Positions 50,939 through 59,263 of a DNA stretch of 64,000 bases are shown piece after piece. The stretch covers positions 2,128-66,127 of the forward strand of contig JAOACJ010000009.1 in the NCBI GenBank assembly GCA_026417895.1, read 5' to 3'. The notes below the pieces were generated by a model. That model saw nothing but the letters and a program-made list of their open reading frames with translations, searched no databases and was not told where the DNA came from. The position numbers were made by a program, and so were the translations under genes. This DNA is from Patescibacteria group bacterium. Its GTDB lineage: Bacteria; Patescibacteriota; Patescibacteriia; UBA2591; CALHIP01. Position 1 is the first letter of the stretch; every line of letters begins with the position of its first letter.

Positions 50939-52708
50939 ATGATTAATTTAGAAATTTTACGTCATTCAACTAGTCATTTGATGGCTGCTGCTGTTTTAGC
51001 GCTTTTTCCTGAAGCAAAATTTGGCATAGGACCGGTCATTGAAAATGGTTTTTATTATGATTTCGAATTAGAAAGAACACTCAGATCAGATGATTTAGAA
51101 AAAATTGAAAAGAAAATGAAAGAGCTTATTAAAGAAGACTTAAGATTTGAAAAAAAAGAAATGCCACTTGAAGAAGCAATGGAATTATTTAAGAAATTAA
51201 ATCAACCCTATAAAATAGAACTTTTAGAAGATTTAAAAAAGTATGGCACAACCGATGAAAATCTCAAATCTCAAATCTCAAATCTCAAACCTCAGAAAAC
51301 TGTGACAATTTATCAACTGGGAAATTTTATTGATCTTTGTCGCGGACCGCATCTTAAATCGACTAAAGAAATTGGCGTTTTTAAACTTTTAAAAGTTGCT
51401 GGCGCTTATTGGCGGGGTGATGAAAAAAATAAAATGTTGCAAAGAATTTATGGGACAGCCTTTTTTACTCAAGAAGAGCTAAATGATTATCTAAAAAATC
51501 TGGAAGAGACAGAAAAAAGAGATCACCGAGAATTGGGTAAAAATTTAGATTTTTATAGCTCGCCAGAGGAACTAGGCGCTGGTTTAATTTTATGGCATCC
51601 CAAAGGCGCTTTAGTTCGGAAAATGATTGAAGACTTTTGGAAGGAGGAACATAAAAAACGAGGCTATCAATTGGTTTATTCCCCTCATCTTGGCAAATTA
51701 AATTTATGGAAAAAATCTGGTCATTGGGATTTTTATCGAGATAATCTCTATTCACCCATAAAAATTGAAAATGAGGAATATCTTTTAAAGCCAATGAATT
51801 GCCCCTTTCATATTTTGATTTATCAATCACAAGTAAGAAGTTATCGCGATTTACCACTTCGTTATGCCGAATTGGGTACTGTCTATCGCTATGAACGTTC
51901 TGGGGTTCTTCACGGTTTAACAAGGGTTCGTGGCTTTACTCAAGATGATGCTCATATCTTTTGTACAACCGAACAATTAGAAAAAGAAATTGTTAATGTC
52001 CTAAAATTAGCTATTTTTATGATGAAAACTTTCGGCTTTAGAAATTACCAAGTCTTTCTTTCAACTCGGCCAGAAAAATCAATTGGCACTGACCAGATGT
52101 GGGAAAGGGCAACAAAAGCCCTTAAGAATGCTTTAGAAAAAACAAAGATAAAATACCAAATTGATCCAGGTGAGGGTGTCTTTTATGGTCCAAAGATTGA
52201 TATTAAAACGATTGATGCCTTGGGTCGCGCCTGGCAGGGTCCAACCATTCAGGTCGACTTTAATTTCCCAGAAAGGTTTAATCTCTATTATATCGACAAA
52301 AATGGTAAGAAAATTCAGCCAGTCATGATTCACCGCACCGTCCTTGGCTCGATGGAAAGATTTTTTGGTTGCTTAATTGAACATTATGCTGGTGCTTTAC
52401 CCCTCTGGCTTTCGCCGATTCAAATTTATTTAGCGCCAGTTGGTAAGGCTCATTGGCAAGCCAGCCAAAAATTAGGTCAAGAGTTCGAAAAATTAGGCTT
52501 ACGAGTCTTGGTCGATCAGGCCCGCGAAACTATTTCTTATAAAGTCCGTAAAGCCGAACAACAGAAAATTCCTTACATTTTAGTCGTTGGCGACAAAGAG
52601 ATTAAGGGAAAAACTTTAAATATCAGAGAACGGGGAAATAAGGTCAAAAAAATGACAAAGAAAAAATTTATTGAAAAAATTTTGAAAGAAATAGAAAGTA
52701 AAAAATAA
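50939..52708 (+). CDS. thrS: Threonine--tRNA ligase
   Basis: LRHSTSH, DLCRGPH, RDHRELG, KPMNCP, RVRGFTQDDAHIF, FYGPKID. Confidence 0.98.
   Translation: MINLEILRHSTSHLMAAAVLALFPEAKFGIGPVIENGFYYDFELERTLRSDDLEKIEKKMKELIKEDLRFEKKEMPLEEAMELFKKLNQPYKIELLEDLKKYGTTDENLKSQISNLKPQKTVTIYQLGNFIDLCRGPHLKSTKEIGVFKLLKVAGAYWRGDEKNKMLQRIYGTAFFTQEELNDYLKNLEETEKRDHRELGKNLDFYSSPEELGAGLILWHPKGALVRKMIEDFWKEEHKKRGYQLVYSPHLGKLNLWKKSGHWDFYRDNLYSPIKIENEEYLLKPMNCPFHILIYQSQVRSYRDLPLRYAELGTVYRYERSGVLHGLTRVRGFTQDDAHIFCTTEQLEKEIVNVLKLAIFMMKTFGFRNYQVFLSTRPEKSIGTDQMWERATKALKNALEKTKIKYQIDPGEGVFYGPKIDIKTIDALGRAWQGPTIQVDFNFPERFNLYYIDKNGKKIQPVMIHRTVLGSMERFFGCLIEHYAGALPLWLSPIQIYLAPVGKAHWQASQKLGQEFEKLGLRVLVDQARETISYKVRKAEQQKIPYILVVGDKEIKGKTLNIRERGNKVKKMTKKKFIEKILKEIESKK
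51259..51293 (+). repeat. In-frame heptamer array (AAATCTC)x4 + AAACCTC inside thrS
   Basis: Read directly from the sequence; encodes NLKSQISNLKP. Confidence 0.9.
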
Positions 52709-52709
52709 A

Positions 52710-53186
52710 ATGAAACATTCATTCAAAACAGGATTTAGTTTTGGCTTGACCTCGGGAATTATTACCACCCTCGGTTTGATGGTTGGTTTACACTCGGGCA
52801 CACATTCAAAATTGATTGTCATTGGCGGCATTCTAACAATTGCTGTCGCCGATGCTTTTTCCGACGCTTTAGGCATCCATCTCTCTGAAGAGTCAGAAAA
52901 TAAGCATTCTAGTCAAGAAATTTGGCAGTCAACTTTCGCTACATTTTTTGCTAAATTTATTTTTGCCTCCACATTTATTATCCCTCTTTTGTTGTTTAAA
53001 CTTTCAACAGCTATTATCGTTAATATCATTTGGGGATTATCTTTACTGAGTCTTTTTAGCCTCATCATTGCTCAAAAGCAAAAGACAAAACGATGGAAGG
53101 TTGTCATCGAACACCTAATAATCGCGACGATTGTTATCAGTATCACTCATTATCTCGGTGATTTAATATCAAAAATATTTGATTAA
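52710..53186 (+). CDS. VIT1/CCC1 family membrane protein
   Basis: GFSFGLTSGIITTLGLMVG, AVADAFSDALGIHLSEESE. Confidence 0.8.
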   Translation: MKHSFKTGFSFGLTSGIITTLGLMVGLHSGTHSKLIVIGGILTIAVADAFSDALGIHLSEESENKHSSQEIWQSTFATFFAKFIFASTFIIPLLLFKLSTAIIVNIIWGLSLLSLFSLIIAQKQKTKRWKVVIEHLIIATIVISITHYLGDLISKIFD

Positions 53187-53222
53187 ACAAAATTTCTTAC
53201 AAAAATCTATTTTACCACGTCT

Positions 53223-53240
53223 TAATGTGTTAACACGTTA
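53223..53240. promoter_or_regulatory. 18-bp near-perfect palindrome, copy 2
   Basis: TAATGTGTTAACACGTTA, identical to 42325-42342. Confidence 0.6.
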
Positions 53241-53300
53241 TGATTGATTTTTTATTATAGATTAATTAAAATAGTCAAAAAAGAATTGAAAATAAATATT

Positions 53301-54671
53301 ATGAAATATCATCTCATCACTTACGGTTGTCAAATGAATAAATCTGATGCCGAGCGCATTGCCGCTCTTTTGGAAAAAATTGGTTATTCGCCAACGTCAA
53401 ATAAAAATGAGGCAGATTTAATAGTCATTATTGTTTGTTCGGTGCGACAATCAGCTGTTGATCGTCTTTCTGGACAAATTCGAAATTTAGCTAAATTAAA
53501 AATTAAAAATTCAAAATTAAAAATTTTACTAACGGGGTGTCTTTTACCAAAAGATAAAGAAAAATTAAAGAGCCAAGTTGATCTAATTTTTGAAATTAAT
53601 CAGCTCCCAAATTTACCCCTGATTCTCTCTCGTCTCGAAGGAAATTCTAAAAATAAAAAAATTAAAAATTTAAAATTAAAAATTACAAATTATTTAGAGA
53701 TTAAACCTAAATTTTCAACCTTTCCTATTGCTTACATCCCTATTATGACTGGCTGTAATAATTTTTGTACCTACTGCGTTGTGCCTTATACGCGGGGTCG
53801 AGAAGTCTCAAGACCGGCAAAAGAAATCATTGACGAAGTGAAAGAATTAATTAAAAAAGGATATAAAATGATTATTCTCTTGGGCCAGAATGTTAATTCT
53901 TATCAATCTCCAATTCAAAACTCCAAAGCCAAAATGCCGAATACCAAAAAAATAGATTTTCCAAAGTTGCTGAAAATGGTCAATAATTTGAAAGGTAATT
54001 TTTGGCTAACTTTTATTACCAGCCATCCGAAAGATTTATCAGATGAATTAATGAAAACAATGGCAAGATGTAAAAAAGTAATGCCTTATTTACATTTACC
54101 AGTCCAGTCAGGTGATAATGAAATTTTAAAAAAAATGAATCGTCAATATACGGCGACTGATTACAAAAATTTAGTCAAAAAAATAAAAAAGACTTTTGAA
54201 AAATATCGAAGGGGGTTAGAAAGAAATTTAAGTCTTTCCACAGATATTATTGTCGGTTTCCCCGGTGAAACTAAAAAACAGTTTGAAAATACCGCCAAAT
54301 TAATGCGAGAAGTAAAATTTGATATGGCTTATATTGCTAAATACTCGCCTCGCCCCCAGACGGCAGCCTCAAAACTCAGGGACAACATCTCGATTAAAGA
54401 AAAGGAAAGGCGCTGGAAAATTTTAACTGAAATTTTACAAAAAACATCTTTAGAAAATAATAAAAAATATTTAGGAAAAGTAATACCAGTTCTTGTTGAA
54501 AATAAAAAAAATCACCTTCTTTTTGGTCAAACAAGAAGTTTTAAAAAAGTAAAAATGGAAAATCTATTAGAAAAGAAGCAAAAAATATCAATTGGTGATA
54601 TGATCAAGGTTAAAATTAAGAAAATAAAGCCTTTTGGCTTAGAGGGTGTTGCTCTCGCGAAGTTTTCTTAA
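53301..54671 (+). CDS. miaB: tRNA methylthiotransferase MiaB
   Basis: TYGCQMNKSDAE, CSVR, GCNNFCTYCVVPYTRG, LLGQNVNSY, HLPVQSG, DIIVGFPGET, C-terminal TRAM-like tail. Confidence 0.93.
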   Translation: MKYHLITYGCQMNKSDAERIAALLEKIGYSPTSNKNEADLIVIIVCSVRQSAVDRLSGQIRNLAKLKIKNSKLKILLTGCLLPKDKEKLKSQVDLIFEINQLPNLPLILSRLEGNSKNKKIKNLKLKITNYLEIKPKFSTFPIAYIPIMTGCNNFCTYCVVPYTRGREVSRPAKEIIDEVKELIKKGYKMIILLGQNVNSYQSPIQNSKAKMPNTKKIDFPKLLKMVNNLKGNFWLTFITSHPKDLSDELMKTMARCKKVMPYLHLPVQSGDNEILKKMNRQYTATDYKNLVKKIKKTFEKYRRGLERNLSLSTDIIVGFPGETKKQFENTAKLMREVKFDMAYIAKYSPRPQTAASKLRDNISIKEKERRWKILTEILQKTSLENNKKYLGKVIPVLVENKKNHLLFGQTRSFKKVKMENLLEKKQKISIGDMIKVKIKKIKPFGLEGVALAKFS

Positions 54672-55320
54672 GGCCAAACAAAATATAGATATAAACACTT
54701 AAAATCAAAAAAATCAGAGGCACGATGTTCCAGAAAAAATTAAAACGAATAATCGTGTTGTAAAGCCCATGAAAACCAACAGCCAAAAAAAGACTGCCCG
54801 CAAGAATAAATTTTTTGTTTTTAGGTTGGAAAAACTTTACTTCCCCTAAATGATAGCCTATGATACCGCTGGCTAAAACATGCATTAAGGTTGGAGTGGC
54901 AAAACGAAGGACGATTAATTGCGGCCCACTCGAAAGCAAATAGAAAAAATTTTCAAAAAAAGCAAAACCAGTGGCGACGGTTACGGCGTAAACAAAACCA
55001 TCTAATGGTTCATTAAAAACCTTACGGTCATAAACGCCCTCTTTCAGGATAAGATATTTAGCAAATTCTTCAATTAAACCATCAACGAAAAATGAGATAA
55101 TAATGATATAAAAAAAATAGTTGACAGCAATTTTATCTAAAAAAAATTTTAATCCCTGGGCCAAAACTAAGGTCGGCAAAGCAATCATAATTCCCAGTAA
55201 GAAAACTCTTAAAATTTCCTTGATTGGCTCTGGGTTTTTTTTATCAATTCTTCGAGCAATAAAAAGCCAAAAAAGACTTGGCAAAAAAGAAAGGGATAAA
55301 ATTAAAACATATTTATTCAT
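54616..55320 (-). CDS. PrsW family intramembrane metalloprotease
   Basis: IEEFAK, GFAFFENFFY, MHVLAS, FHGLYN. Confidence 0.88.
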   Translation of the reverse strand: MNKYVLILSLSFLPSLFWLFIARRIDKKNPEPIKEILRVFLLGIMIALPTLVLAQGLKFFLDKIAVNYFFYIIIISFFVDGLIEEFAKYLILKEGVYDRKVFNEPLDGFVYAVTVATGFAFFENFFYLLSSGPQLIVLRFATPTLMHVLASGIIGYHLGEVKFFQPKNKKFILAGSLFLAVGFHGLYNTIIRFNFFWNIVPLIFLILSVYIYILFGLKKTSREQHPLSQKALFS

Positions 55321-55762
55321 CGAGTGGTAAAATTTTAATCTTTAAAGAAACTGTGAGGGAGAGAGAAAGTCTAATTTTTATCTCATTATCGCCAATTGTT
55401 TTAATTGGTTCAAATTTTTCAATTTGTTCTTCTCGAATAAAAATATCTTTCTCTTTTAATTGAGTGACAATTCTTTCGGCGTTAATCGAACCATAAAGCT
55501 TACCTTCAGGATTAACTTTTTCTTTAAAAACTAATTCTAATTCTTTTATTTTTTGAGCAATTAGTTGAGTCTTTTTTTCTTCTCTCTTTTTTCTTTCTTC
55601 TTCTAAAGTTTTTTTTCTTTCAATTTTTTCGATCTCGTGTGGTGTGGCTAAAATCGCTAATTTCTTTGGTAGTAAAAAATTTCTGGCAAATCCATCAGCT
55701 ACCTCTTTAATTTCATCTTTTTTGCCAAGATGATTGACGTCTTGTAATAAGATGACTCGCAT
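55313..55762 (-). CDS. rplI: 50S ribosomal protein L9
   Basis: MRVILLQDV..LGK..V.DGFARNFLLP, GKLYGSI, PIKTIG. Confidence 0.97.
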   Translation of the reverse strand: MRVILLQDVNHLGKKDEIKEVADGFARNFLLPKKLAILATPHEIEKIERKKTLEEERKKREEKKTQLIAQKIKELELVFKEKVNPEGKLYGSINAERIVTQLKEKDIFIREEQIEKFEPIKTIGDNEIKIRLSLSLTVSLKIKILPLDE

Positions 55763-55816
55763 AAAAATAGACTTAAAAATATATTCTCCTCCTCGCGGTT
55801 AAATATCACGATCAGT

Positions 55817-55873
55817 ATAAAGAGCAGCGAGATAAAGAGCAGCGTGATAAAGAGCAGCGTGATAAAGAGCAGC
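55817..55873. repeat. 15-bp tandem repeat ATAAAGAGCAGCGWG, about 3.8 copies
   Basis: Units at 55817, 55832, 55847 and 55862; partial ATAAAGAG again at 55887. Confidence 0.92.
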
Positions 55874-55900
55874 CTTGTTATTGGTAATAAAGAGATGTCG

Positions 55901-55970
55901 AAAATATCTATAAGTATCTATCGGTATCAATCAATATCCATGAATATCTATCGATATCTATCAATATCTA
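55901..55970. repeat. 10-bp tandem array, consensus TCAATATCTA, 7 copies
   Basis: AAAATATCTA TAAGTATCTA TCGGTATCAA TCAATATCCA TGAATATCTA TCGATATCTA TCAATATCTA. Confidence 0.88.
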
Positions 55971-55977
55971 AGGTATC

Positions 55978-56005
55978 TTGACTTTTTTGCAAATTTTGCT
56001 ATCTT
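55978..56005 (+). promoter_or_regulatory. Sigma70-like promoter of the T9SS-CTD gene
   Basis: TTGACT-16 nt-TATCTT with a TG extension; predicted start around 56011-56012. Confidence 0.55.
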
Positions 56006-56011
56006 GAAAAT

Positions 56012-56079
56012 GTCGGGTTAGTCGCCTCTTCGGCGACTAAATCCAAGCCCGACCATCCGCTGTAAGCGGATGATGGAGG
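56012..56079 (+). promoter_or_regulatory. Structured 5' leader (three stems) followed by a GGAGG Shine-Dalgarno
   Basis: GTCGGG/CCCGAC, TTAGTCGCC/GGCGACTAA, CATCCGC/GCGGATG; GGAGG at 56075-56079; ATG at 56085. Confidence 0.65.
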
Positions 56080-56084
56080 AAAAA

Positions 56085-57545
56085 ATGAGAAGTTTGACAT
56101 TGTTGATAATCTTGTTGCATTTTCTTGTTTTCTCGACTTCGGCGGCGACCGCGCAAACATGGTGGACTTACGAGGAACTCGGTAACGCCGCGCCTTGTAA
56201 GGGGATCGAAACGGAAAACGGATATGTCCATACAGGGGGCACCTTTAACGTGCCGGGTGGAGGTTGTTACTTAGCAAAAACCAATAAAGTAACTGGTGCT
56301 CTTGACTGGTATCAATATTATCCCAGTCTCTTTTTCGAGCAAAGTTGGGGATATGATTTAGTCCAGACGCCAGATGGTGGCTTCGCTATTCTTTCTACCG
56401 ATGATATGGGTTTCGGCAATGTCTTTAGACTGATTAGGACGAACCCGATGGGAGAAAGTTTGTGGAACAAATTGATTGCCCCTCAAAATCAAGCCGTTGC
56501 CGCTCCTTATTATCTCGTTCTTTTTTCGCCTGATTCTGGATTTATTATGGGCGGTCGAAACGATGGAGGAATTATTATGGCCCGGACGAACAAGTACGGG
56601 GAAACGCTATGGACGCGTCGCGGGGTGGCAAGAGAAAGTATTTACCGTTCTATGGAAGTCAGGGGCATAATAACAAAAACAAACACGATCATCTATCTCC
56701 TTGGTTTAGCAACTGTTGATTTGCCAACCGGACAAAGCATTTGGCGAAGTTTTTTGGCAACAATTAATGCTGCTGGACAAGTGATTAATAAAAGGGAATA
56801 TGTTGACGAGTGGCAAAGAATGGTGCATTTATATGGTCAAACCTTTTTTCAACTTGATAATTCCGGCTTTCTAATAGCTGGTATAAGAGGCGTCGCAAGT
56901 TCTAGTGCAAATCCTGTTGAATCAATTTTTGTTTTTCTTTTGAAAACCGACTCTTTGAAAAATGAACTCTGGAGAAAGATGTATTTTTTACCAAGCATAC
57001 ACAGTGATTTTTACAGGTGTGGCGTCGAAAAAGTTTGGCAAAATGAAAATACGATTAATATTGCGGTTTGCTTTTATAATTCGTCATTGTTCCCGAAAGG
57101 GGGAATTATTACCACGGATTTAGAGGGCAATTTTCTAAACTGTATCACCTACTCCCATCCGATTTATACCTATGTTTCTTTAAGAGACGCTATGAAAACA
57201 AGTGATGGACACGCAGTTTTAGCTGGACGCTCTCCTCCAGCCGGACCCCCAGCTTATGTGACCCTTCTTAAAACTCCTTTAAGTGGCATTAGTGAAAATT
57301 CTTTTTTCTCTTCCCAATTCTCTACTCTTAAAGTTTTTCCCAATCCAAGCACCGGCTTAGTTAATTTTCACTTGCCAACTGGGTACAACAGCAGCAAAGT
57401 AAAAATCTATGATGCCACCGGAAGAATAGTCAAGACATTCGAATTTCAAAATCAATTTCGGGTGAAACTTTCACCCGGCATCTATCTCTGTGAGACCGCC
57501 GCTGAGACCGACGCAAAATTTAAGATTATCATCCTGGGACAATAA
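56085..57545 (+). CDS. Secreted protein with a T9SS type A (Por) C-terminal sorting-like domain
   Basis: Signal peptide MRSLTLLIILLHFLVFSTSAATA-Q; repeated L.KT...G..LW motifs; C-terminus LKVFPNPSTG..VKIYDATGRIVK..LSPGIYL..KIII. Confidence 0.8.
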   Translation: MRSLTLLIILLHFLVFSTSAATAQTWWTYEELGNAAPCKGIETENGYVHTGGTFNVPGGGCYLAKTNKVTGALDWYQYYPSLFFEQSWGYDLVQTPDGGFAILSTDDMGFGNVFRLIRTNPMGESLWNKLIAPQNQAVAAPYYLVLFSPDSGFIMGGRNDGGIIMARTNKYGETLWTRRGVARESIYRSMEVRGIITKTNTIIYLLGLATVDLPTGQSIWRSFLATINAAGQVINKREYVDEWQRMVHLYGQTFFQLDNSGFLIAGIRGVASSSANPVESIFVFLLKTDSLKNELWRKMYFLPSIHSDFYRCGVEKVWQNENTINIAVCFYNSSLFPKGGIITTDLEGNFLNCITYSHPIYTYVSLRDAMKTSDGHAVLAGRSPPAGPPAYVTLLKTPLSGISENSFFSSQFSTLKVFPNPSTGLVNFHLPTGYNSSKVKIYDATGRIVKTFEFQNQFRVKLSPGIYLCETAAETDAKFKIIILGQ

Positions 57546-57565
57546 ATATTGTCCCAGGTTTTTTT
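57533..57565 (+). terminator. Intrinsic terminator of the T9SS-CTD gene
   Basis: CCTGGGACAAT-AAAT-ATTGTCCCAGG followed by TTTTTTT. Confidence 0.88.
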
Positions 57566-57568
57566 ATT

Positions 57569-59233
57569 TTATTCAGGAGTTCCTGGTCCGCAATCAAGCT
57601 GCCAATCACACATAGAACAAGTTTTTTGAACCGCTCGATAGAAAATACAAGATCGGCTATCGCCTACTTTACAACTATCACAACGAGGATGGCTATAGGC
57701 ACCGGCTATCTGGAAATCAGGTAAATAAGAAACACTACTTCGACAAGTACCCCAGAAAGTACCTCCTGTTAAACAAGGAGGTTGATCACAACTAATAGTC
57801 GAAGAACAACAAACCCCTCCGCAACATTGATACCCAGAAGGACAAGTTGGGGAGCTACAAACTTCTGTTGATAAATCTACACAATGTGGAATTGGACATT
57901 CGCTTGGATTATTTGGATCACAATTACAACACCGACCAGTACCGGTACAATAATAATAATCAGAATAAGGACAACATCTGTTTTCACAAGCGCAATGACC
58001 AGAAGAACAATTTGATACAGTACATGGAGTACCTGCTCGACAAAAACCACTAACACAAGTTTGAGTTCCGGGATAACTACATATACCAAAAGGAGGTGTA
58101 GGATCGTTGCCTTCACAGACCTCACCACAATTACGAATCCCATCACCACAAGAAGTAACCCAATTACCTGATAAGTTAGGATCACACTTTTGCCGGGCTA
58201 TGCTTGGATGGCAACTATTGGGAATTACAGAAGCATTACTATCATCACAATCACCTCTTTGAATTGGACCGGTGTAATTTGGGTAATTCAGTGTATCTGC
58301 TTCTCTATAACCCGTACCAAGTTGAAGACAATCGGTGTCTAATGGATACCGACCCGCGATTTCAAAATTACCGAGATATTTGTCTGAATCAGAGTCGCGT
58401 ACGCAAATTTTGGCAGGCATCCCATTAATACTATCTGGTCTATTCCAGCCAATCAAAATAGAAGGGTTGGTAGTATATGGACCAAAAACAATTTTTCCGG
58501 TGCCGGTCAAATCAACACCCTTGTTTGTTCCTTTGGTAGCAAAAATCAAATAAGCTGGTTTTTTCTCTTGCAAATTCAAAGGATTCACCCAGCCACTCAA
58601 GTTAACGGTGGCACTACCAATAACCAGTCGGCCAGTTTCTGTGCCAATAACTAAACCTCTCTCTGGACTCTGACTATCAGTAATTAAACTACAGGATTGA
58701 GTAAGAGTTAAATTACCAATCCATAATGGACAGGTGTTCTGAGGAGCCCAATCTAATTCCAGTTTATCTTCCCTCCCTTCTTTATTTTTTACCAAAAAAT
58801 TTGTCCAAACAATTTCTTCTATTTCTTTAGGTAAAACTATTTCCGCCTGCCAAACTGATTCTTTTTCATCATAGCTCATAAACATCTCTTTTTCAAAATC
58901 TGGACGGGCAATGATTTTAAATTTCACCTCCGCTAAACCAGCTGGGTCTTCAATTTTGATTTTCGCCCAAATTTTTTCACCGCCCTTTACTTCCCTTGGC
59001 CGTTTGGAAAAAATACCGCCTAAAAATTTTGGATAAACACCTGGTGCCGAGGAAACACGAAAAGCATATTCACTGTTTTTTGGTTTCTCGGTCGGTTCAA
59101 AATGGTTCAGTTTTTCAATCTCTTCTTCGCTCAAAACATAGTTTTTTTGTTTTTCGACTTTGGAAGTTTGCCAAAAGAATAAACCTAAAACAACGAAAAC
59201 CAAAATAATGATGAGAGGAATGATTTTTTTCAT
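57569..59233 (-). CDS. Membrane-anchored, very Cys-rich surface protein
   Basis: N-terminal TM; about 40 Cys, nearly all in the C-terminal half; D.D.D.Y...GDCDD.N and CGDG..NCGEVCE motifs. Confidence 0.7.
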   Translation of the reverse strand: MKKIIPLIIILVFVVLGLFFWQTSKVEKQKNYVLSEEEIEKLNHFEPTEKPKNSEYAFRVSSAPGVYPKFLGGIFSKRPREVKGGEKIWAKIKIEDPAGLAEVKFKIIARPDFEKEMFMSYDEKESVWQAEIVLPKEIEEIVWTNFLVKNKEGREDKLELDWAPQNTCPLWIGNLTLTQSCSLITDSQSPERGLVIGTETGRLVIGSATVNLSGWVNPLNLQEKKPAYLIFATKGTNKGVDLTGTGKIVFGPYTTNPSILIGWNRPDSINGMPAKICVRDSDSDKYLGNFEIAGRYPLDTDCLQLGTGYREADTLNYPNYTGPIQRGDCDDSNASVIPNSCHPSIARQKCDPNLSGNWVTSCGDGIRNCGEVCEGNDPTPPFGICSYPGTQTCVSGFCRAGTPCTVSNCSSGHCACENRCCPYSDYYYCTGTGRCCNCDPNNPSECPIPHCVDLSTEVCSSPTCPSGYQCCGGVCCSSTISCDQPPCLTGGTFWGTCRSSVSYLPDFQIAGAYSHPRCDSCKVGDSRSCIFYRAVQKTCSMCDWQLDCGPGTPE

Positions 59234-59260
59234 AGACGTAAAAGTTAATTTTTAATTTAT
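59225..59260. repeat. 36-bp direct repeat, copy 1 (leader plus ATGAAAAAA)
   Basis: TTTTTTCATAGACGTAAAAGTTAATTTTTAATTTAT; 35/36 identical to 60668-60703. Confidence 0.9.
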
Positions 59261-59263
59261 TTT

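Noticed and set aside
54616-54671. 56-bp convergent overlap of miaB and the PrsW-family gene
   Set aside because: It involves only non-conserved tails, which is common in compact genomes
55700-55920. Minus-strand open frame through the 15-mer array giving a hydrophobic (TLLFI)n peptide
   Set aside because: No ATG/GTG start after the upstream stop and it overlaps rplI out of frame; likely a by-product of the repeat
55817-55970. Possible CRISPR array
   Set aside because: Units are 15 and 10 bp and directly adjacent with no unique spacers; no cas genes in the window
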